Assembly: GCA_965216035.1 (NCBI GenBank)
Contig: CBDCFM010000015.1
Coordinates: 117,786-181,785, forward strand
Direction: 5' to 3'
From: Terriglobia bacterium
GTDB taxonomy: Bacteria; Acidobacteriota; Terriglobia; 20CM-2-55-15
Length of the DNA: 64,000 bases
Position 1 is the first letter of the stretch, and every line of letters begins with the position of its first letter. Positions 9,338 to 16,587 of the stretch are shown here, one piece after another. The notes below the pieces were generated by a model. The model worked only from the letters and a program-made list of their open reading frames with translations, was not told where the DNA came from and searched no databases. The position numbers and the translations under genes are program-made.

Positions 9338-9423
9338 CGACCACTCGACGTCCTCGGCTCCAACAAGTGTCGCCGCTGTTTGTCACTTGTCACTTCAGAA
9401 GGGAATTGCTACCGTCGAAAGCC

Positions 9424-9642
9424 ATGATTGAAGATAACGCTCCCTCATCTGAGGAACTGGAATACTTAAGGGCAGCCATACACGACCTGAACAATCGGGT
9501 CGGCGTGATACTGACGTCGTCAGAACTGTTGAAGCTGGACGCTGCTGAAGGCCAGGTAAAAGCCCGTTACGAGGTGATCGAGCAGAAGGCGTTGGAGGCT
9601 CGGGAAATTCTTCGAGGGATGTCACATCGCTATTTCGACTGA
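9424..9642 (+). CDS. small HisKA-like (phospho-acceptor helix only) protein
   Basis: 72 aa starting MIEDNAP. It contains an H-box-like LRAAIHDLNNRVGVILTSSELL but has no ATPase or sensor domain. The 9295 start in the ORF track runs through the hairpin repeats. Confidence 0.4.
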   Translation: MIEDNAPSSEELEYLRAAIHDLNNRVGVILTSSELLKLDAAEGQVKARYEVIEQKALEAREILRGMSHRYFD

Positions 9643-9744
9643 CCGGCCTTCGTCGGCCTTGACCCCGGTTACCGCTCACGCCATTAGTTGTAGGTGCCGA
9701 TGGCCGCTTGACCGGACGCCAGCCACGACACGTCAATAGTCCAT

Positions 9745-9915
9745 AGCGGCGACACTGGTGGAGCCGTCAACGGTCACACTCGCTGGAGCCGCCAACGGTC
9801 ACACTCGTGGAGCCGCCAATGGTCCCGCCAAGGGTGTAGCGGCGACACTGGCTGGAGCCGCCAACGGTCACACTCGTGGAGCCGCCAATGGTCCCGCCAA
9901 TGGTCCCGCCAATAG
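9745..9915. repeat. intergenic tandem/nested direct repeats
   Basis: AGCGGCGACACTGG...TGGAGCCGCCAACGGTCACACTCGTGGAGCCGCCAATGGTCCCGCCAA recurs with a 93-bp offset (9745 and 9838). Shorter units, about 24 bp (TGGAGCCGNCAACGGTCACACTCG) and 12 bp (AATGGTCCCGCC), are nested inside. Confidence 0.7.
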
Positions 9916-10128
9916 CCTTGCCAGTGGGTCAAGCCCTTGGCGCGTTCTGAGGTTTGTTGACGGTTTGGATGTCGGACCGGTGTCGGTCCGGTTCTGTAGT
10001 TTGGACTTGAAAGTCCCGTAACCTTCCTATTACCAGCATTTTGCTGGTCCGATCCAATGCGCCTGTGAACCTTGGAACATCGCGTGCATTTCCGTGTGCA
10101 CGGTAAACCAGATTCACGGAGGCATTTT

Positions 10129-10683
10129 GTGTCAGACGAAGAACAAGTTGTAGCTGGAGCATCCGAACCGTCTTCGGGCAGAGCAAAGGGTTTCGCACCA
10201 TTGGTCGCAAAGGCATTGGCGCTTGTGATTCTTGTTCTTGCGGCAAGCGCGGGCGGTGGTGTGGTGTCCTGGGTTCTCCTCAGTCGAAGCGGTGTCATCT
10301 CGGGAGCGGGGGCCGAAGATCATCCCGGCGTTGATGGCGAAGCCGCTGCCCTGCGTGAGCTCATGGAAAACGGAGCCGTCATCCCAATGGAACCCTTCGT
10401 TGTAAACCTTGCGGATACGGATTTTCCCCGCTACCTCAGGGTGAGTGTCAGTTTGATGGTGGACGACAAGACGATGGTGGAAGAAGTCTTCGAGAACACT
10501 GCGGTCCTGTCAAAGTCCCGCGACATCATCTTGCAGATGCTCAGCCGGCAAACGTCGGAAGAGATCCTTGGCGAAGAAGGAAAAAATCATCTTCGCGCTG
10601 AAATCCTCGAGAGCCTCGAACCCTATTTCCACGAACCTAAAGTTGTTGATGTCATGTTCACAGAGTTCGTTATTCAGTTATGA
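10129..10683 (+). CDS. fliL: FliL flagellar basal-body-associated protein
   Basis: GTG 10129 is preceded by GGAGG. It has one TM helix (LALVILVLAASAGGGVV) and a FliL domain (MEPFVVNLAD...YLRVSVSLMV...ILQMLS...EGKNHLRAEI...VDVMFTEFVIQ). Confidence 0.85.
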   Translation: MSDEEQVVAGASEPSSGRAKGFAPLVAKALALVILVLAASAGGGVVSWVLLSRSGVISGAGAEDHPGVDGEAAALRELMENGAVIPMEPFVVNLADTDFPRYLRVSVSLMVDDKTMVEEVFENTAVLSKSRDIILQMLSRQTSEEILGEEGKNHLRAEILESLEPYFHEPKVVDVMFTEFVIQL

Positions 10684-11045
10684 CCGACCAGGATCTTGCC
10701 CAGATTCCAGGTGGGGGACTTGCAGCCCCAGAGGTTCCCGAAGCCCCTTCGGCAGCCACAGCGCCTTTGGCGCCGCCGGTCGCCACCCGAACGCCTGCAA
10801 TGCCCAATTCGAACCCCTTGAAGGCGTTCGCGGACGTGCCGTTTCGGCTGACGATTGAGATCGGGCGGTTGCGGGTGTCGCTTAAGGCGCTTGCAGGACT
10901 CAAGCTGGGCAAGGTTTTCCGTATTGGCAAGCCGGCTGGAGAGCCCTTCGAAATCTGCGCAAACGGGCAACCCGTTGCGCGAGGTGAAGTCGTTGCCGTC
11001 GAGGACAGCGCGGGAGTCAGAATCACAGAAATCACCCCGCTGTGA
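10680..11045 (+). CDS. fliN: FliN flagellar motor switch protein
   Basis: ATGA overlap with fliL. The C-terminal SpoA/FliN domain reads VPFRLTIEIGRLRVSLKALAGLKLGKVFRIGKPAGEPFEICANGQPVARGEVVAVED. Confidence 0.9.
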   Translation: MTDQDLAQIPGGGLAAPEVPEAPSAATAPLAPPVATRTPAMPNSNPLKAFADVPFRLTIEIGRLRVSLKALAGLKLGKVFRIGKPAGEPFEICANGQPVARGEVVAVEDSAGVRITEITPL

Positions 11046-11055
11046 GTGTGAAGTA

Positions 11056-11292
11056 ATGCTTTACATAGAAGTCATAGGAGCACTCGTTCTGATTGCCGGA
11101 GTGATGATCTTTGGTTTGAAATTCCTCAAGAAATATGTGCCATCGATGGCTGGTCCGACCAGTATGGCCGTAATCGAACAGCTTCATCTCGGCGATCGTT
11201 GCCGTGTCATGGTCGTTAAAGTTCGCGACGACGAGCTCCTCCTTGGAGTGACTCGAGAAGCTGTTTCTATTCTCGAAAAACTTCCTAAATGA
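11056..11292 (+). CDS. fliO: FliO-like small membrane protein
   Basis: 78 aa with a single N-terminal TM helix. It lies between fliN and fliP and has an ATGA overlap with the fliP start. Confidence 0.6.
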   Translation: MLYIEVIGALVLIAGVMIFGLKFLKKYVPSMAGPTSMAVIEQLHLGDRCRVMVVKVRDDELLLGVTREAVSILEKLPK

Positions 11293-11528
11293 ATTTTCTC
11301 CCTCCACCCTTTTTCCTGGTGCTCCTGCAGACGACGCCCAATATCAGCATCGATGTAAGCGGCGGCGACGGTCAAATTCAGATGAATCTGCCCGTGCAGA
11401 TGCTGATCCTGCTCACGCTCCTGACTTTTCTGCCGTCGATCATCATCTCGCTCTCGTCATTCACACGAATCATCATCGTTTTCCATTTTCTCCGCCAGAC
11501 CCTTGGAACCCAGGAAGCTCCTTCGAAT
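11289..11528 (+). pseudogene. fliP: fliP 5' fragment, truncated by IS5-family copy A
   Basis: The sequence ...LTLLTFLPSIIISLSSFTRIIIVFHFLRQTLGTQEAPSN is the conserved FliP N-terminal third. It stops exactly at the IS end (11529). The rest of fliP, fliQ, fliR, flhB and flhA are not in this window. Confidence 0.85.
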
Positions 11529-12633
11529 CGACCTTGTTGCATGGATCATCCCGAAGGATGTCTTATCATTGTGTTTTTCAACACCGGGGATAACTTAGAT
11601 GCCACATAAGTTCAACGCAGCCCGACGACACAAGTTTGATAAGGCACAGTACCGGGTGATCAACTGGGCGGAATATAACGAGAGCCTGCGCCAGCGGGGT
11701 GATCTGACGATCTGGGTCAGTGATGAGGCTCAAAGTGTGTGGCGCGCGCCGCGCCGCACGTCACGGGGTGGCCAGCGGAGATACTCGGATTTGGCGATCG
11801 AGACATGCCTGACGCTGCGCACGGCGTATCGGCTTGGGTTGCGACAAACGCAGGGGCTGATGGGTTCCATTGGCACGCTCATGGGGCTGGATATACGGGT
11901 GCCGGATTACTCCACACTGTCGCGTCGCGCAAACGGCTTGAGCATCGCTCAGGTGATGAGGCAAGCCGGGTCTGTGCCTGTCCATCTGGTGGTGGACAGT
12001 ATCGGCCTCAAGATCTTCGGAGAAGGAGAATGGCTTGCGCAGAAGCATAAAACCAGGGGAATACGCCGCCGCTGGCGCAAACTCCACCTCGGACTGGACC
12101 TCCATAGCGGTGCGATTGTTTGCGCCAATCTGACTCACGATGACGTTGGAGACAGCACCGCCTTACCCGGGCTCCTGGATCAACTCGATGCCCCTGTCAC
12201 GGGCTTTCTGGCGGACGGCGCCTATGATGGAGCGTCCACACGGGATCTGCTGAGGGAACGGTATGGGGAGACCCTGGATGTGGTTATACCGCCTCCAAAG
12301 AACGCAGTGACCCGACCGCAATCAGCGCGGGATCCAACCGTTCGGGATCGCCATATTGCCGAGATCCGCAGCAACGGCCGCATGGCCTGGCAAGTGGCCA
12401 CAGGGTACAACCCGCGCAGCCGGATAGAAACGCAGATCGGCCGGTGGAAGAGCGTCATCGGCCCCAGACTCAGATCCCGCAGCTTCTCCAGGCAGATCAC
12501 GGAGATCCAGGTCGGCCAGAAAGTCCTGAACACAATGACCGCACTCGGACGGCCTGTGTTCGAACGTATCGCCTGACGCTACCGCTTGGGAAAGGGCGAA
12601 TTCCATCTCCGCCCCGATCTATGCAACAACGCT
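11529..12633 (+). mobile_element. IS5-family insertion sequence, copy A
   Basis: About 1.1 kb. Terminal inverted repeats have the core TTGTTGCATGGATC (11534-11547) and its reverse complement, with one mismatch in this copy, ending at 12629. It carries a single 325-aa transposase. It is near-identical to 28145-29249. Confidence 0.9.
11599..12576 (+). CDS. IS5-family DDE transposase
   Basis: The N-terminus MPHKFNAARRHKFDKAQYRVINWAEYNESLRQRGDLTIW is typical of IS5-family transposases. It differs from copy B by two amino acids (I134T, P274L). Confidence 0.9.
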   Translation: MPHKFNAARRHKFDKAQYRVINWAEYNESLRQRGDLTIWVSDEAQSVWRAPRRTSRGGQRRYSDLAIETCLTLRTAYRLGLRQTQGLMGSIGTLMGLDIRVPDYSTLSRRANGLSIAQVMRQAGSVPVHLVVDSIGLKIFGEGEWLAQKHKTRGIRRRWRKLHLGLDLHSGAIVCANLTHDDVGDSTALPGLLDQLDAPVTGFLADGAYDGASTRDLLRERYGETLDVVIPPPKNAVTRPQSARDPTVRDRHIAEIRSNGRMAWQVATGYNPRSRIETQIGRWKSVIGPRLRSRSFSRQITEIQVGQKVLNTMTALGRPVFERIA

Positions 12634-13434
12634 CATCTGGATGTGCTCCCGGCAATCCCGGATGATCGCGGTTGGCTTGTTGCCCTCGGCGTGCCAAAGG
12701 AGTGGGCGGAGACTGCAATCTTACTGACCGACCGCAAGACCTGGAGCGAGCCCTACTCAGAGTGGCCGCGAAGCAATCCAAAGGGATACATTGCCTGGTT
12801 CAAGGACCGCATGCGTGTGAGCCTCAAAGAGGCCAAGCAACTCCGGGCGATGGAAATACACGCAGAGGTGGAGGAAATCGAAGACTTCGACGTCCGCACC
12901 CCGCTTCAGCGGCTTATCCAGATCCTCAAGCGCCACCGAGACGTGCGCTTCAACGACGATGAAGATAAGCCGATCTCGATCATCATCACCACGCTCGCCG
13001 CACAGGCTTACAACAACGAAAGCGACCTCGCGGATGCCGTGCTGGACGTGGTACCTCGCATGCGCGCTTACATCGAGAATCGAGACGGCGCATGGTGGGT
13101 GCCGAATCCCGTGAACCCGGAGGAGAACTTCGCCGACAAGTGGACAGAAACACCGCGCAAGGCAGAGCTGTTCTTCGAATGGCTCAGTGTACTAGAGCAG
13201 GAGTACACCGAGCTCCTAACGGACCAAGGATTTGCGAATATCGGAGACTATCTGCACGAAGCCTTTGGCAAACGTGACGCCGAAGCCGTGATGGAAAAGC
13301 ACTCCAATAAGAAGCCTCTCCAGGAAAGTGCAGCCGCAGTTGCGCCAATAGTACTCGCGCCGCGTAAATCCGAGCGCCCAACAACTCCGGTGATCGAGCT
13401 TCCGTCGCGACCAAGTAAGCCATGGAGCCCCTGA
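12634..13434 (+). pseudogene. 3' remnant of an OAS/CD-NTase-fold (SMODS-like) nucleotidyltransferase
   Basis: Reading resumes at the IS end with (H)LDVLPAIPDD..., an OAS-like 'DVLPA' strand carrying the third catalytic Asp. A C-terminal helical region of about 260 aa follows. The N-terminal GS/DxD part is missing. The first 16 codons of ORF 12586-13434 are IS sequence. Confidence 0.55.
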
Positions 13435-13440
13435 CCCATC

Positions 13441-14181
13441 GTGGATGAAGGAGTCGAACAATTCGTGATCGATCAGGTAACCGAGGCGCAGGCCCGGCAC
13501 CCACACCTGGAGCTTCTTCGCCACCCGTCGGGTCTGCTCCTGATACGCGGTCGTGTCGGCTTTTCGATAGAGTACGCATCCCACACGGTTTCAGATCATT
13601 ACCTCTTGGATTTGTGGATACTAAAGGACTATCCCGCTTCACCCCCTTTCGTTTTCGAGACGGAAGGAAGAATCCAAAAAGACTTTGGTCACTTCATGGC
13701 GGCAGGCAACTTTTGCCTTGGGGCCCCTGTCGAGGTTCGCCTAAGATTCGCGGTCCATAAGAACCTACTCTGCTTCATAGAGGATCAAGTCATCCCCTAC
13801 CTCTTCGCCTACAGCTACAAGAGAGATTACGGAAAGCTGCCCTTTGGTGACCTTCGGCATGGGTCACACGGATTGCTCCAGTACTACATGGATTTCTTCG
13901 AAACCTCTCACGTTGGAGCAATGAAGCTGCTGAAGTGCTTAGCGGATGATTGTGCTCCGCCGTTCATGGCGTGTCCGTGTGGTGGTGGACGCAGGCTACG
14001 GGACTGTCACGGCGAGAAACTTGCTGAGCTTCGCCCCCATCTACTGCCCAAGGAGTTCGAAACAGAGTTACGAGAAATGATCCGACTTGCGCGGGCAGAA
14101 GGGATCCGATTTCCGGAAAAGAAGGTTATGCCTAAGCAGATGTGGAAACAGTGGCGGAAGAGAATCAAGCGGACACGATAA
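13441..14181 (+). CDS. E2 (UBC)-like protein with C-terminal SEC-C zinc motif
   Basis: GTG start 6 nt after the upstream stop. An E2-like core reads DYPASPPFVFETEG...HFMAAGNFCLG, with a candidate catalytic Cys. The SEC-C motif is CPCGGGRRLRDCHG, followed by a basic tail. Confidence 0.55.
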   Translation: MDEGVEQFVIDQVTEAQARHPHLELLRHPSGLLLIRGRVGFSIEYASHTVSDHYLLDLWILKDYPASPPFVFETEGRIQKDFGHFMAAGNFCLGAPVEVRLRFAVHKNLLCFIEDQVIPYLFAYSYKRDYGKLPFGDLRHGSHGLLQYYMDFFETSHVGAMKLLKCLADDCAPPFMACPCGGGRRLRDCHGEKLAELRPHLLPKEFETELREMIRLARAEGIRFPEKKVMPKQMWKQWRKRIKRTR

Positions 14182-14811
14182 TCTGTGCGCGGGGGCAGTC
14201 CGTCGGTTGCCGCTGCCCGGCAGAAAATCGTAAAGCAGCTCGGCAATGTTTCCGACGACTTGCGCCTCGCCTAGCGGCAGCATCTTTCAACACCTTGACA
14301 AAAACGGGCGTGAGTAACGCCAGTGAGTGGGCTCACACTGTTAGCGCAACGGCTATTGCTGTGCACACCACTCAGAATATCCGTGAACGATAGGCTGCCA
14401 CGGAACCACAGAGACCGCAATAGTCCCTTGACAACCGGGCACCAGGGATGGCCGGGTCTGGCTGATTCATGCAGCCTGAAGGGTCCGACGAGCACACCGA
14501 ATCAAGACGAGTTCCAGCTTCCCGACCAGTTCGAGCAGCCCTCGTAGTGATTCGTGGCGGAGGATCGGGAGGCGGCCCGTGCGCTGTATAGAGTTCGGTT
14601 TCTATCAACAGATCCTTGGGCTCGCGGATACCTACTACTAGGTCTGAAGCTCTCGTTCATTTGTGCTGTGGCGCAGGGTTTGAGCGGTAGCACAGCCAGG
14701 AATCTGCCCCAGTGGTGTCCCGGTGTGTGGGAGACGGAACACACGTGAAGCGAGACGACGGGCCTGAAACCGGCTGAGATTGTCCGGCCCGAGCCGAGGA
14801 CGCCGGACGCC

Positions 14812-15048
14812 ATGCTGCTGCGCCCCTTCCAGATGCTCGACCAGGTCAACGCGATGGTAGTAGCCTGCGAGGCCGATCCGGAGCTCGGTTTCATGGGCCG
14901 GATGCTCGCACTGTGCCGCTTGCTACGGATGAATCCAGGCAATGAGCGGTACCAATACATCCGGCGGAACGGGGCGTTCAGGCTGGTGATGACCGCAGGC
15001 TACCGGTACAAGCTGACTTTCGGGAACCTTCCGCGTGTCTTGCTGGAC
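14812..15048 (+). pseudogene. internal fragment of a RepA-like (ICE/plasmid replication initiator) gene
   Basis: LDQVNAMVVACEADPELGFMGRMLALCRLLRMNPGNERYQYIRRNGAFRLVMTAGYRYKLTFGNLPRVLL aligns by eye with residues of the repA at 30122-30738 (LDQVNQLVEASEADPEIGFMTRLMALCSLPRTNPGDRIRYTRQNGPYTLVMTAGGKSKLPFGNLPRLLL). Similarity stops at about 15048. Confidence 0.6.
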
Positions 15049-15068
15049 CGGCGCGACCAGCATCCACA

Positions 15069-16313
15069 TCAACCGTTCAGATGTGACCGTCGGCGTCTCG
15101 CCGTCTCGTACGGACCAGTCACGACCCGTAGAGCCGCCGTGACCAGGCCGGCCAGATCGCGGCGGCCGACCGCTTCGAGCCCAGCATCCGATCCCTGACG
15201 AAGCAAACTGATCGCTCCGGTCCAGCACGACGATTCGCTGGATTCGGCGTTGCCAGAGCCGCCTCGCGCACGAACGCCGTCGGATGCATGCGTCGCGATC
15301 CACTTCTCGCATGACTCGGCCATCCACCTCTCAAGCCGATTGAAGCCAACCTCGGCCTGACGTACCAGATCATCCGGTGCAAGCTTCCTCAGTTTGCTCG
15401 CCCGTGTGTAGTTGTGCAGCGCGTTCCCAAAGGCCACGAACCGCTCCAGTGTGAGCCCCTTGACGAATCGGCGCCGGTACGTTTCGGCGTCGGGGTGCCG
15501 GCTCAGAATCAGGGCGATCTGCCTAGGTTCGCGGGTTCCGAGGACGAAGCCCCAGGGCGTCTCGTCGGACGATCTCATACTGTTCCGTCTACTTGGCCTC
15601 GAATCGAGCACATCGGAACTTCTGGTCGACGCGGCGTGGCGATCGATGCGGAGGATCCTGTCAGCGGCATCCGGCCGCAGAGCCGGAACACCCGCCACCG
15701 CAGTGAACTCTGCCCAGATATCCGGCCATCGCGTAGCGTATACAGACGCAACGTACCCGGTCAGCTCCGGGTCTCGCCCAACTCGCTGCCAATCGGCCTT
15801 GGGCACATAGAACAGGTTGAGTGGGTGTACGTTCCGCACGAACCGCCGCGCCGCATTGGCCCGTGTCCACGACCGCCAATCGACATCGCCGTCCTTGGCA
15901 TCGAGAATGTGGGCTGCGTGCCAACCAGCGGTGTAGACGGTGTCGTACTTGGAGACCTCAAAAATATGGGTGGGTGTGGTCTTCACGAATTCGGCGAAGT
16001 TCTCACTGGAGACGTCGACTTCATGGAACATCCTCATGTGCCACCACCAAGCCGGGGAGTTATCGGACGGCAGCAACCGGGTTCCATCGAGGGTGCAGAC
16101 GCTCTTGCCCCGCGTCTGACCTCTGACCCTTCGCGTGATGAACAGCGCCCTAGCGCCAGCGATGTACCGCATCAGTTCCCGGTGATACTGGAGGATAGCC
16201 GGCTCGGGTGGCAGCAACGGGCGGAGCTGCTCTTCCACGAACTGGGCGAACGAAACCTCGAAGGGCGCGGGAGGCGCAGCGGGCATGCAGCGGGCTGGAG
16301 TTCTCAACTTCAT
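15069..16313 (-). CDS. hypothetical protein, 414 aa (possible His-Me/HNH-like motif)
   Basis: Long ORF with non-shadow-like composition in its N-terminal two thirds. GWHAAHILDAKDG...NVHPLNLFYVPK is reminiscent of AAHI...N..L HNH_2-type motifs (weak). It is divergent from the helicase operon across a 274-bp spacer. The start could be internal (MPAAPP). Confidence 0.55.
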   Translation of the reverse strand: MKLRTPARCMPAAPPAPFEVSFAQFVEEQLRPLLPPEPAILQYHRELMRYIAGARALFITRRVRGQTRGKSVCTLDGTRLLPSDNSPAWWWHMRMFHEVDVSSENFAEFVKTTPTHIFEVSKYDTVYTAGWHAAHILDAKDGDVDWRSWTRANAARRFVRNVHPLNLFYVPKADWQRVGRDPELTGYVASVYATRWPDIWAEFTAVAGVPALRPDAADRILRIDRHAASTRSSDVLDSRPSRRNSMRSSDETPWGFVLGTREPRQIALILSRHPDAETYRRRFVKGLTLERFVAFGNALHNYTRASKLRKLAPDDLVRQAEVGFNRLERWMAESCEKWIATHASDGVRARGGSGNAESSESSCWTGAISLLRQGSDAGLEAVGRRDLAGLVTAALRVVTGPYETARRRRSHLNG

Positions 16314-16587
16314 GACCGGGGAGCTGGTGGAAGAGAAGTCTGTACCTCCCCTGATTTCTTGGACAGGTAGAGTTGACCATAATCAAGCCGCATACCACAA
16401 CCGCACCGATCGTTCCAGCCGGATGTATCTGCGAACGGTTTCACAAGACCGAGCTCAAGAAGATCTATTATAAGATCCGTTTCGGCAAGAAACCCTACGG
16501 CAGGCTGGAGTCGGCCAGGGAGGAGTTCCTCTCCACAGAAACTGGCAATGCCTCTCCGGCTGTCATGGCGGACTGTCAGATGAAGTC

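Noticed and set aside
9745-9915. Possible CRISPR array
   Set aside because: The repeats are contiguous and nested, with no unique spacers of regular length. No cas genes are present and the repeats are not palindromic.
12586-12633. Shared N-terminus MGKGEFHLRPD of ORFs 12586-13434 and 29202-29567
   Set aside because: This sequence is the right end of the IS5 element read in frame, not part of either downstream gene.
15414-16370. 318-aa plus-strand ORF opposite the 414-aa orphan gene
   Set aside because: It is Arg/Gly/Pro-rich with no motif. The minus-strand ORF has more protein-like composition and fits the intergenic spacing. Strand choice for this locus is nevertheless less certain than elsewhere.
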